DNA of 64,000 nucleotides from Eledone cirrhosa (GCA_964016885.1 OZ024752.1:48112001-48176000), one strand, 5' to 3'; numbered from the stretch's first letter, positions 12,724 to 25,928 are shown. Numbers and translations are program-made. Notes: a model not told the origin generated them from the letters alone.

Positions 12724-12771
12724 CTATATATAAGTGTATATATATATATATATATATATCTCTATATATAA

Positions 12772-12817
<46 letters not shown>

Positions 12818-12854
12818 CTATATATATATATATAGCTACATATATATATATAGC

Positions 12855-12899
<45 letters not shown>

Positions 12900-12900
12900 C

Positions 12901-12935
<35 letters not shown>

Positions 12936-12936
12936 C

Positions 12937-12971
<35 letters not shown>

Positions 12972-12972
12972 C

Positions 12973-13011
<39 letters not shown>

Positions 13012-13012
13012 C

Positions 13013-13047
<35 letters not shown>

Positions 13048-13048
13048 C

Positions 13049-13085
<37 letters not shown>

Positions 13086-13086
13086 C

Positions 13087-13123
<37 letters not shown>

Positions 13124-13156
13124 CTACATATATATATATATATATATATATATAGC

Positions 13157-13191
<35 letters not shown>

Positions 13192-13254
13192 CTACATATA
13201 TATATATATATATATATATATAGCTACATATATATATATATATATATATATAGC

Positions 13255-13291
<37 letters not shown>

Positions 13292-13292
13292 C

Positions 13293-13324
<32 letters not shown>

Positions 13325-13329
13325 GCTAC
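12590..13329. repeat. (TA)n tract; from 12816 a (GCTACA-(TA)n) minisatellite
   Basis: About 19 gctaca/gcta interruptions with variable TA spacers. Confidence 0.93.
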
Positions 13330-13463
13330 TTTACTGAAATCTAGGGACCCAATGAAATTTGTACAGTGCTAATAAATCAGTTTTTTTCATATATACTGTA
13401 TTTTGGGTTGTGATAGCAGTAGCAGCAATAATAGTCTACACTTTATTATCACCATTGTTATTA

Positions 13464-13498
<35 letters not shown>

Positions 13499-13682
13499 TT
13501 TCAAATGAGACTTATGTCATTGAATCAACAATAAATATAACAACAGCTTTTTAACTGATATTTTCTTCACACAAGTACATCTGTAAGATCTCATAAATCA
13601 CGTCACAACTGATTGTTAATATTGTATCGACTGTGTGATTTATTGGGGAAAGTTTAGACGGTGGCTTGTGCTGTCGCTGATG

Positions 13683-15570
13683 TCGGTGGTGGTGGTGGTG
13701 GTGGTGGTGGTGGTGTTTGGTAGTGGTGGTGGTGGTGGTGGTGGTGTTGGTGTTTGGTAGTGGTGGTGATGGTGGTGGTGTTAATAGTGGTGGTGGTGTT
13801 TGGTAGTGGTGGTGGTGGTGGTGGTGGTGTTGGTAGTGGTGGTGGTGGTAGTGGTGGTGGTGGTGGTGGTGGTGGTGGTAGTGGTGTTAATAGTGGTGGT
13901 GGTGTTTGGTAGTGGTGGTGGTGGTGGTGGTGGTGTTTGGTAGTGGTGGTGGTGGTGGTGGTGGTGGTGTTGGTAGTGGTGGTGGTGGTAGTGGTGTTAA
14001 TAGTGGTGGTGGTGTTTGGTAGTGGTGGTGGTGGTGGTGGTGGTGTTGGTAGTGGTGGTGATGGTAGTGGTGAGGGTGTTAATAGTGGTGGTGGTGGTGG
14101 TGGTGGTACTGTTGGTGGGGTTTGGTAGTGGTGGTGGTTGTGATGGTAGTGGTGGTGGTGGTGGTGGTAGTGTTGGTGGTGTTGGTAGTGGTGGTGGTGG
14201 TGGTGGTGGTAGTGGTGGTGGTACTGTTGGGGGTGTTAATAGTGGTGGTTGTGATCGTAGTGGTGGTGGTGGTGGTAGTGTTGTGTTGGTAATAGTGGTG
14301 GTGGTACTGTTGGGGGGTGTTAATAGTGGTGGTGGTGGTGGTGTTGGTAGTGGTGGTGGTGGTACTTTTGGGGGTGTTAATAGTGGTGGTGGTGTTGGTA
14401 GTGGTGGTGGTGGTACTTTTGGGGGTGTTAATAGTGGTGGTGGTGATGGTAGTGGTGGTGGTGGTAGTGTTGGTGGTGATGGTGGTGGTACTGTTGGGGG
14501 TGTTAATAGTGGTGGTGGTGGTGGTAGTGGCGGAGACGGCGATGGTGGTGATAGTGGTGGTGGTGATGGCAATGATGGTGATGGTGGTGGTGGCGGTGAT
14601 AGTGGTGATGGCGATGGTGGTGGTGATGGCGATGGTGGTGGTGGTGGTGATAGTGGTGATGGCGATGGTGGTGGAGACGGCGATGATGGTGGTGGTGATG
14701 ATGGTGGTGGTGATGAAGGTAGTGGTGGCAGTAATAGTGGTGGTAGTAGCGGTGGTGGTGGCGATAATAATGGTGGTGTTGGTGGGGAGGTTATTGCTGC
14801 TTATAGTAGTGCCCGCTGGTGGTGGTGGTGGTGATAGTAGTGGTCGTGGTGATGATGATGGTGGTGGTGGTGGAGGTAGTAGTGGTGGTAATAGTGTTAG
14901 TGTGTTGCTTATGTTAGTGCTGGTGTTGGTCGTAGCTGTACTAATAATGTTAGTGTTGGTCATGGCACTGTTGGTGGTGGTGGTGGTGGTGTTAGGCGTG
15001 GTGGTGGTGGCGGTGGTGGTGTTAGGTGTGGTGGTGGTGGCGGTGGTGGTGTTAGGCGTGGTGGTGGTGGCGGTGGTGGTGGTAGAGGTTATGATGACGT
15101 TAATGACAGTATTGCTGCTGCAATTGTTGTTGTTGTTGTTGGTTGTTATAGTTAATAGTAGTGGTAGTTGTGATGATGATGATGATGGCAGTGTTGTGGA
15201 TAATGCTGGTGGTGGTGGCGAGTGGGTAGGTAGGTAGTGAGAGTGTTGTTGTTGTTGTTGATGGTGGCAGTGGTGTGGATGTTGGTGGTGGTGGTGGCAG
15301 GTAGTGAGAGTATTGATGTTGTTGTTGTTGATGGTGGCAGTGGTGTGGATGTTGGTGGTGGTGGTGGTGGCAGGTAGTGAGAGTATTGATGTTGTTGTTG
15401 TTGATGGTGGCAGTGGTGTGGATGTTGGTGGTGGTGGCAGGTAGTGAGAGTATTGATGTTGTTGTTGTTGATGGTGGCAGTGGTGTGGATGTTGGTGGTG
15501 GTGGTGGCAGGTAGTGAGAGTATTTCTGTTGATGATGTTGATGTTGTTGTTGTTGATGGTGGCAGTGGTG
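13683..15570. repeat. GGT-based degenerate minisatellite; ~60-bp unit x5 at ~15230-15570
   Basis: (GGT)n with gttaatagt/gtttggtagt interruptions; ggcaggtagtgagagtattgatgttg units. Confidence 0.92.
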
Positions 15571-16098
15571 TAGGGGGGACTATGGAAATAAAGAGATCAG
15601 AGGGGGCTATAAAAGTTCTTAGTAAATCAGTTGTAATAAAGTATTTATTTTTAGATTTATTGTAATTCCAAAAATGCCTACTGTAATAATAATGTCTGGG
15701 TGGTCTAATAGGGAGAAATATGTCCACGGTTTTCTTCAAATAATTTCAGTTGCTCGCTACCATAATAAAACATTGTAAATAAATAAATAAGCATAGAAAC
15801 AAAATTGAGTAATAAAAATGGTTTGCAAAAAAACAAAAAGGAAAAAGATAAAATTCCGAAATATTGTACCAGAAGTATTTCAGTTCAATAGTTAGCTGCT
15901 GTTACAATAATTGAATGTTTATCATTTCTATTAATAACTTGTTAAACCTACATAAGAACATTATTATCTTTTGTTATATCTGTATTTCATATCAAGAGTC
16001 TACTGAAGATGGATAGATGTTCTGAAATATTATGTAGTGGTCTTACATATAAGCACTGATGGGTAGATAGTGATGACATTTTATCTATTTATAATTTA

Positions 16099-16285
16099 CA
16101 GTGAAATTTTGTTATAATGATTACATGGATTATAAAAAAAATTTTGGTGTAACAAAAAATTCTTTATAAGAAGATCGACCGAAACAAATCGAGCATTTGT
16201 TTGTCATTACCTTGGGGACTGAAAAAAATTTCGTTATACTGAAAATTTCGTTATAATGGTATTCGTTATAACAGAATTTTACATG
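16099..16285. mobile_element. Tc1/mariner-pogo-like MITE
   Basis: TA|cagtgaaattttgttataa ... ttataacagaattttacatg|TA: imperfect TIRs, TA target-site duplication, subterminal ttcgttata repeats. Second copy at 57556-57717. Confidence 0.7.
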
Positions 16286-16834
16286 TATCACCTTTTATTA
16301 CCATTTAGCCAGAGATAGAAGGGCACTATCAATGATCCATTTCAGGGCCTCCAAGACTGATAATCTGAATGATTGCAATAGAGTGAATTCTGTTAAAGGC
16401 ACCCAAGGATTAGATGGTGGGGTTAAATCAGATGATTGAACCCAAGTAGGTACTGGTAGGGATATTAATCCTTGAATAATTATCACCTTGACAGCACAGT
16501 ACAGACAGGTGAAGAGGTGAGTAGTAGTGTAGCATCATGTTTATGACATGTCATTGGAAAATCTTCATGATATATACATGTCCTGAAGACCTCCAAAAGA
16601 TCTGGAAGCTGTATTCCCCCCACCCCCCCACCCCCAAAAAAGCTCATTGTGGAGAAAAAGACATTAAGATTGGTGATACTGTTACATGTTTAAGTGTATT
16701 CTACCAAAAGCTTTTAGAAAGTTAGAAAAAGAGATAAACCATACAAAATCAGAGGCAGAGGTTGTAGCAACTGCAGAAGTTGCTGTTTCCAGAGAATCAC
16801 AATTCTCAGCTCTAAAGGTTGCAGAAAAGAATTA

Positions 16835-19800
16835 CTCATCCTCAATAGCACAAGCTGACGACCAGAGATCCTCTCACCTGACCAAACCTAGCTACCGTGG
16901 GAGGAGATAGAGAATGGACATACTCAATACCAAAAGCTGACAACCAGGGATCCTTTCACCGGACCAAACCTAGTATTTCCATGCCAATGTCCAGCTACAA
17001 TGGATAAGAGATAGAGGATGGACATACTCAATAGTACAAGGTGACAACGAGAGATCTTTTCACCAGACCAAACCTAGTATTTCCATGCCAATGTCCAGCT
17101 ACAGTGGATAAGAGATAGAGGATGGACATACTCAATAGTACAAGGTGACAACGAGAGATCTTTTCACCAGACCAAACCTAGTATTTCCATGCCAATGTCC
17201 AGCTACAATGGATAAGAGATAGAGGATGGACATACTCAATAGTACAAGGTGACAATGAGAGATCTTTTCATCAGACCAAACCTAGTATTTCCATGCCAAT
17301 GTCCAGCTACAATGGATAAGAGATAGAGGATGGACATACTCAATAGTACAAGGTGACAACGAGAGATCTTTTCACCAGACCAAACCTAGTATTTCCATGC
17401 CAATGTCCAGCTACAATGGATAAGAGATAGAGGATGGACATACTCAATAGTACAAGGTGACAACGAGAGATCTTTTCATCAGACCAAACCTAGTATTTCC
17501 ATGCCAATGTCCAGCTACAGTGGATAAGAGATAGAGGATGGACATACTCAATAGTACAAGGTGACAACGAGAGATCTTTTCATCAGACCAAACCTAGTAT
17601 TTCCATGCCAATGTCCAGCTACAATGGATAAGAGATAGAGGATGGACATACTCAATAGTACAAGGTGACAACGAGAGATCTTTTCATCAGACCAAACCTA
17701 GTATTTCCATGCCAATGTCCAGCTACAATGGATAAGAGATAGAGGATGGACATACTCAATAGTACAAGGTGACAATGAGAGATCTTTTCATCAGACCAAA
17801 CCTAGTATTTCCATGCCAATGTCCAGCTACAATGGATAAGAGATAGAGGATGGACATACTCAATAGTACAAGGTGACAATGAGAGATCTTTTCATCAGAC
17901 CAAACCTAGTATTTCCATGCCAATGTCCAGCTACAATGGATAAGAGATAGAGGATGGACATACTCAATAGTACAAGGTGACAATGAGAGATCTTTTCATC
18001 AGACCAAACCTAGTATTTCCATGCCAATGTCCAGCTACAATGGATAAGAGATAGAGGATGGACATACTCAATAGTACAAGGTGACAACGAGAGATCTTTT
18101 CACCGGACCAAACCTAGTATTTCCATGCCAATGTCCAGCTACAATGGATAAGAGATAGAGGATGGACATACTCAATAGTACAAGGTGACAACGAGAGATC
18201 TTTTCATCAGACCAAACCTAGTATTTCCATGCCAATGTCCAGCTACAGTGGATAAGAGATAGAGGATGGACATACTCAATAGTACAAGGTGACAACGAGA
18301 GATCTTTTCACCAGACCAAACCTAGTATTTCCATGCCAATGTCCAGCTACAGTGGATAAGAGATAGAGGATGGACATACTCAATAGTACAAGGTGACAAC
18401 GAGAGATCTTTTCACCAGACCAAACCTAGTATTTCCATGCCAATGTCCAGCTACAATGGATAAGAGATAGAGGATGGACATACTCAATAGTACAAGGTGA
18501 CAACGAGAGATCTTTTCACCAGACCAAACCTAGTATTTCCATGCCAATGTCCAGCTACAATGGATAAGAGATAGAGGATGGACATACTCAATAGTACAAG
18601 GTGACAACGAGAGATCTTTTCACCGGACCAAACCTAGTATTTCCATGCCAATGTCCAGCTACAATGGATAAGAGATAGAGGATGGACATACTCAATAGTA
18701 CAAGGTGACAACGAGAGATCTTTTCACCAGACCAAACCTAGTATTTCCATGCCAATGTCCAGCTACAGTGGATAAGAGATAGAGGATGGACATACTCAAT
18801 AGTACAAGGTGACGAGAGATCTTTTCACCGGACCAAACCTAGTATTTCCATGCCAATGTCCAGCTACAATGGATAAGAGATAGAGGATGGACATACTCAA
18901 TAGTACAAGGTGACAATGAGAGATCTTTTCACCAGACCAAACCTAGTATTTCCATGCCAATGTCCAGCTACAATGGATAAGAGATAGAGGATGGACATAC
19001 TCAATAGTACAAGGTGACGAGAGATCTTTTCACCGGACCAAACCTAGTATTTCCATGCCAATGTCCAGCTACAATGGATAAGAGATAGAGGATGGACATA
19101 CTCAATAGTACAAGGTGACAATGAGAGATCTTTTCACCAGACCAAACCTAGTATTTCCATGCCAATGTCCAGCTACAATGGATAAGAGATAGAGGATGGA
19201 CATACTCAATAGTACAAGGTGACGAGAGATCTTTTCACCGGACCAAACCTAGTATTTCCATGCCAATGTCCAGCTACAATGGATAAGAGATAGAGGATGG
19301 ACATACTCAATAGTACAAGGTGACGAGAGATCTTTTCACCGGACCAAACCTAGTATTTCCATGCCAATGTCCAGCTACAATGGATAAGAGATAGAGGATG
19401 GACATACTCAATAGTACAAGGTGACAATGAGAGATCTTTTCACCAGACCAAACCTAGTATTTCCATGCCAATGTCCAGCTACAATGGATAAGAGATAGAG
19501 GATGGACATACTCAATAGTACAAGGTGACGAGAGATCTTTTCACCGGACCAAACCTAGTATTTCCATGCCAATGTCCAGCTACAATGGATAAGAGATAGA
19601 GGATGGACATACTCAATAGTACAAGGTGACAATGAGAGATGTTTTCACCAGACCAAACCTAGTATTTCCATGCCAATGTCCAGCTACAATGGATAAGAGA
19701 TAGAGGATGGACATACTCAATAGTACAAGGTGACGAGAGATCTTTTCACCGGACCAAACCTAGTATTTCCATGCCAATGTCCAGCTACAATGGATAAGAG

Positions 19801-21882
19801 ATAGAGGATGGACATACTCAATAGTACAAGGTGACGAGAGATCTTTTCACCGGACCAAACCTAGTATTTCCATGCCAATGTCCAGCTACAATGGATAAGA
19901 GATAGAGGATGGACATACTCAATAGTACAAGGTGACGAGAGATCTTTTCACCGGACCAAACCTAGTATTTCCATGCCAATGTCCAGCTACAATGGATAAG
20001 AGATAGAGGATGGACATACTCAATAGTACAAGGTGACGAGAGATCTTTTCACCGGACCAAACCTAGTATTTCCATGCCAATGTCCAGCTACAGTGGATAA
20101 GAGATAGAGGATGGACATACTCAATAGTACAAGGTGACAACGAGAGATCTTTTCACCAGACCAAACCTAGTATTTCCATGCCAATGTCCAGCTACAATGG
20201 ATAAGAGATAGAGGATGGACATACTCAATAGTACAAGGTGACAACGAGAGATCTTTTCACCAGACCAAACCTAGTATTTCCATGCCAATGTCCAGCTACA
20301 ATGGATAAGAGATAGAGGATGGACATACTCAATAGTACAAGGTGACAACGAGAGATCTTTTCACCAGACCAAACCTAGTATTTCCATGCCAATGTCCAGC
20401 TACAGTGGATAAGAGATAGAGGATGGACATACTCAATAGTACAAGGTGACAACGAGAGATCTTTTCACCAGACCAAACCTAGTATTTCCATGCCAATGTC
20501 CAGCTATAGTGGATAAGAGATAGAGGATGGACATACTCAATAGTACAAGGTGACAACGAGAGATCTTTTCACCAGACCAAACCTAGTATTTCCATGCCAA
20601 TGTCCAGCTACAATGGATAAGAGATAGAGGATGGACATACTCAATAGTAGAAGGTGACAATGAGAGATCTTTTCATCAGACCAAACCTAGTATTTCCATG
20701 CCAATGTCCAGCTACAATGGATAAGAGATAGAGGATGGACATACTCAATAGTACAAGGTGACAACGAGAGATCTTTTCACCAGACCAAACCTAGTATTTC
20801 CATGCCAATGTCCAGCTACAATGGATAAGAGATAGAGGATGGACATACTCAATAGTAGAAGGTGACAACGAGAGATCTTTTCATCAGACCAAACCTAGTA
20901 TTTCCATGCCAATGTCCAGCTACAATGGATAAGCAATAGAGGATGGACATACTCAATAGTAGAAGGTGACAACGAGAGATCTTTTCATCAGACCAAACCT
21001 AGTATTTCCATGCCAATGTCCAGCTACAATGGATAAGAGATAGAGGATGGACATACTCAATAGTACAAGGTGACAACGAGAGATCTTTTCACCAGACCAA
21101 ACCTAGTATTTCCATGCCAATGTCCAGCTACAATGGATAAGAGATAGAGGATGGACATACTCAATAGTAGAAGGTGACAATGAGAGATCTTTTCATCAGA
21201 CCAAACCTAGTATTTCCATGCCAATGTCCAGCTACAGTGGATAAGAGATAGAGGATGGACATACTCAATAGTACAAGGTGACAACGAGAGATCTTTTCAC
21301 CGGACCAAACCTAGTATTTCCATGCCAATGTCCAGCTACAGTGGATAAGAGATAGAGGATGGACATACTCAATAGTAGAAGGTGACAACGAGAGATCTTT
21401 TCACCAGACCAAACCTAGTATTTCCATGCCAATGTCCAGCTACAGTGGATAAGAGATGGAGGATGGACATACTCAATAGTACAAGGTGACAACGAGAGAT
21501 CTTTTCACCAGACCAAACCTAGTATTTCCATGCCAATGTCCAGCTACAATGGATAAGCAATAGAGGATGGACATACTCAATAGTACAAGGTGACAACGAG
21601 AGATCTTTTCACCAGACCAAACCTAGTATTTCCATGCCAATGTCCAGCTACAATGGATAAGCAATAGAGGATGGACATACTCAATAGTACAAGGTGACAA
21701 CGAGAGATCTTTTCACCAGACCAAACCTAGTATTTCCATGCCAATGTCCAGCTACAATGGATAAGAGATAGAGGATGGACATACTCAATAGTACAAGGTG
21801 ACAACGAGAGATCTTTTCACCAGACCAAACCTAGTATTTCCATGCCAATGTCCAGCTACAATGGATAAGAGATAGAGGATGG
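16835..21882 (+). repeat. Tandem array of a 104-bp unit (about 48 copies; nine are 101-bp variants)
   Basis: atgccaatgt recurs at 16981, 17085 and 17189. Unit gaggatggacatactcaatagtacaaggtgacaacgagagatcttttcaccagaccaaacctagtatttccatgccaatgtccagctacaatggataagagata. Degenerate shorter unit at the 5' edge. Confidence 0.97.
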
Positions 21883-24173
21883 GCAAGGATGGTAAACTGT
21901 CAGGAACAGAGAATAATTAGCTCTTTTAATTTTCCTAAAAAAATAATATGAATCCAAACAGAAATCAAGTATGATTTATAAGGAGGAGTCTATCTTCCCC
22001 AATTAGAGTTTTATGAAGTTTATAATTCTTTCAATATCCAATAGCAAAATGAAGGACTGGTGGATGATTTGAACAAACTACAGAAAGGAGGAGGAAAATA
22101 TCAAGTCCAGACTAATTAAATTGTATATACAATAATTTTCTGAAATCAATAAATAAATTGTTAATAAACATCTTTGCTGCATAGCAGCATTATGGAAATA
22201 TCTACAGCAAAAGAGAGAATTGTATGTTGTTATGACCCATCATATGATTTGGTGTGGGTGAGTGCAAACTGTATAGTGAAAAATGCAGGCTTAGTAATTT
22301 TCTTAGTGTAGTCAGCGAAAGAAGTGTTTGATAGTTCACCAAACTGTAAGTTGAAATTATTTTATTTGGGAGAATGGGGTACATATCTTGGAGAACTGTG
22401 GCACATTGTTACTCTAACTTAGGGTACTAAATACTCAGGTATCAGCTCTGTGTAGGTGTATCTATGTATGTGTGTGAGTGAGAGAGTATGTCTCTTTGTG
22501 TGAGGTATATTATTTCCATTTCACTCACAAAACTGTAAGGCTTTTCTTTTAAGTGAAATAATTATATTGTTTAAGGAATAAGAAGAAAAAAGAGAATATG
22601 CTAAGTTTATTTTGCCATTATTTGACACAAGTCACGATGGTGCCACCACTATTTGCATCAAGTTTAAAACACAGGGTTTGTTTTTTTGTTGTTGTTTTCT
22701 AAACACTGATCGCTGCACATGTATAAAACCCTGCATCAATCCCATTCACCATTCTTACAAAAGTCTCCAAGCTCATCTGTTTAAAGGCAGCAGCAATGGA
22801 TAAAATATGACAAGTCTGACAGTTCTTGTAGATAAATACTGTGGCAAAGCTGAAAGTATGCAGTACAATGGATGTTACTGATTCCCACCTCTTCAAGAAA
22901 TAAAGAAACAACAAGCTATGTCAAATATTTACATGTCCATACATTCAGTTTTACATCAATTTAATCGCAGCTCCTCTCAGAGTATCCTGTCCAATTTGCT
23001 GAATGGATAGCTTTGTGTCAGGCGAACCAAATTTCTCAAAAATACGATATGTTGAGCTTAATTGCGGGGTTATCAGTTACTTAGTGAGAGTAAAACTTCC
23101 TTATGGGGGGTTATACTGATTCTTAAAATGTAAAAGAATATAGTTTGATAATAAAAGCAAAGTATCCGATTGTCTTTCCCAAAGGAAGCCATCTGCATTG
23201 AGGTAAAACTGAAAAATGCCCCAACTGACTGCGGAAAACATTCATTACAAACTTGTTTGTTTGTTTCTTTCTTATTTGTGTGTTTATATATTTATTCATC
23301 ATTTAAACATCCACTGCTGTTTAAACAAAATATAGACTGTAATGTATATTATTCAACCAAACAGAAAAATAAAATTATGAACAATAACAGCAACAACAAC
23401 AATATCACCAGTAAAAGATGGTTTTTTTAAAAATTGTCAAAACTAAAAAAAAAAAAAAATAATAAACTGTTTAGGATGATGTATATCAGAATAAATAAAT
23501 AATCTAATATATGTAAAAAGTTGGAATATTTATGCAAAACACAGACATCTCTTATATTATGTCATCCACCACCACCCCACACACACACCACAGGTAAATT
23601 ATTGATATAAAGTGGAAAATCTCTGTAAGATCTTATTGATTAAACTGAACTTATTTTAGAAAAAGATTATTCATAATTCTATTTCATATTTTGTTGTCTA
23701 TTTTGAAATGACAACCTAATACCTGATACATGAGAGAATATTTGCTTCTTTTTGTGTTTGTCTTTTTTTTTTTTTTTTTAATAGCTAATAGTCTGTTATT
23801 TTTTTGTTTAGTTTTTTTTCTGTTGTTAAAAACTATATATTTAAAAGAATAGAATTGTGTGTATGTGTTTTAATTACTATATATTAATGTTTTAAGAAAC
23901 TTACAGAAAAAAAAAATTAAGTAAACAAGTAGACAGCAATAATAATAATGATGATAATAATAATGATAAAAATATTATTGATTATTGTTATCATCATCAT
24001 CATCGCTATAATACTACTACAGTAACAACAAATTAAAAGTTTTATTCGATAATAAAATGTAAATAAAATAGTTAGAAATGCATTTATTACATTTTTTTTG
24101 GGGGGGGGGACTGAGAAATATTGCAAAAAGAAATACACATGCATACATGTGTATATACCACTACTTTACCAAG

Positions 24174-24204
<31 letters not shown>

Positions 24205-24228
24205 CATAATATATATATATAGAGAGAG

Positions 24229-24420
24229 AACGAAGGAAAAGTGGTAAGGAACCAGGTGGACCATAACACACCAAAGTACTCAATACTTAGGGTAGTAGAG
24301 TGGGTAATAGGAACAAGTAAGATCCCGACGGCTGAGCTCAAGCCGTTTCGACGGCTAATTAAGTCCAGAATTAGCCGTCGAAACGGCTTGAGCTCAGCCG
24401 TCGGGGTCTTATTTGTTCCG
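24229..24420 (-). mobile_element. Fold-back element family H3 (half-hammerhead)
   Basis: 51-bp arms ~24310-24360 / 24369-24419; GAAA-cggc..gccg-TC; tail nearly identical to 54401 and 60490-60567. Confidence 0.75.
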
Positions 24421-24665
24421 ATATATAGAGAGAGAGAGATAGAGATGAAAATGTTAACCTCCTATATGTAAACTATGGAAATATTTGCCAGTTGTTTAAT
24501 ATTCTCTTCTAATTAATATCTACCTTAACTTTATTATATATATTTTTCTAGTACGAGGAAACCAAAATTTTTATCGATTGAAACCGGTCCTACCCTTTAA
24601 AAAATGTTTTTCAGTTTTTCCATGATAAAATTCTATTACCATTTTCTACTCTTTCTTTTTTTCTT

Positions 24666-24696
<31 letters not shown>

Positions 24697-24716
24697 TTAT
24701 TAAAATAACAGATTAA

Positions 24717-24767
24717 AGTTTAAGCAAAGAATCGCTGCTTTCACCCTTAACGGGATCTTCAGAAACT
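24717..24767 (-). ncRNA. Type I hammerhead ribozyme (H2, canonical core)
   Basis: agttt-CTGAAGA-t ccc gttaa ggg t-GAA-A gca gcgattctt tgc T-T-aaact. Confidence 0.75.
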
Positions 24768-24886
24768 AACCGGAAATTTATAAATTCTTAAATTTATAAA
24801 TTTAATTTATAATAAATTGGAGTGAAAGCAACTGGTGCGTGTGTTTCTTATTGGTAACATGACCCTCCCAAAGCATAACAAAGGTT

Positions 24887-24937
24887 AGTTTCAGAAGATC
24901 CCGCTAAGGGTGAAAGCAGCGATTCTTTGCTTAAACT
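24887..24937 (+). ncRNA. Hammerhead-like fold with variant core CAGAAGA (H2)
   Basis: Same three stems as 24717-24767, but U4 is replaced by A. Confidence 0.55.
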
Positions 24938-25219
24938 TTAATCTGTTATTTTAATAAATATTTGCTCTACGGTTCTTATATATTTGATATATATTTTCCT
25001 TATCGAGCCCTCTTTGGATTTTAGTCTTCAATTTTATTATTATTACTATATATATATATATATACATTGTTATGCTTTGGGAGGGTCATGTTACCAATAA
25101 GAAACACACGCACCAGTTGCTTTCGCTCCAATTTATTATAAATTAAATTTATAAATTTAAGAATTTATAAATTTCCGGTTGGTTGGTTGGTTCCACAACC
25201 GGACGGTTGTTCATATATT

Positions 25220-25262
25220 GTCAAAGTTCTTTCGTCACACATTCTGTGACCTCTTCAGTGAC
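25220..25262 (-). ncRNA. Minimal type I hammerhead ribozyme
   Basis: gtca-CTGAAGA-g gtcaca gaatg tgtgac-GAA-A gaac T-T-tgac. Confidence 0.6.
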
Positions 25263-25502
25263 TGGGGATTCTTTTTTTTGTTTTTTGTGCCTCTCCTTTG
25301 TTCTGTCCTACGCCATCTTGTTTTTGTGTGTTGTGTGCTTAGTTTGTGCATCTGTTACATCCGGGTGTCTGTGTGTGTTTATATTTGTTTATTTGTGTAA
25401 CCACTTCTATATATATATATATATATATAAAACAATGTCTGCCCACTGCTGGTGGTGGTGATATGTTGATATGTCAACTACATGAAATTATATATCAAGT
25501 AG

Positions 25503-25571
<69 letters not shown>

Positions 25572-25670
25572 AATATACATATATATATATATGTGTGTGT
25601 ATGTGTATATAAATATATATATATATATATGTATGTATGTGTGTGTGTGTGTGTATGTGTATGTATATAA

Positions 25671-25704
<34 letters not shown>

Positions 25705-25895
25705 ATAAATATACATATATATATGTGTGTGTGTGTGTATGTGTATATAAATATATATATATACACATACATGTTTGATAACATTTTCATTTTGCTAGTT
25801 TTACTCAGCTGGCACAGTAAAATAACACAAATAGATAACAAATGGACAAAAAACAAAGACCAATTAATTTTTACATGTGTAAGCTTTCTGTCTTT

Positions 25896-25928
<33 letters not shown>

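Larger units (their letters stand above)
24694..25047 (+). mobile_element. Penelope-like fold-back element, family H2
   Basis: Inverted arms ~24694-24771 / 24883-24962 with HHR; tail hairpin 24964-25008; other copies at 43180, 52805 and 54590. Confidence 0.8.

Noticed and set aside
13937-15739. Gly-rich and Pro/Thr-rich ORFs
   Set aside because: GGT minisatellite whose units shift frame; no coding signature.
16835-21882. CRISPR array, coding repeat or tandem retrozyme
   Set aside because: No unique spacers; the unit is not a multiple of 3 and no long ORF crosses it. CTGATGA occurs on the minus strand in only some units, and I could not fold stems I-III around it.
22600-23090. Possible exon (QLLSEYPVQFAEWIALCQ...)
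   Set aside because: Short, no recognisable homology and no convincing splice pair; it may be non-coding unique sequence.
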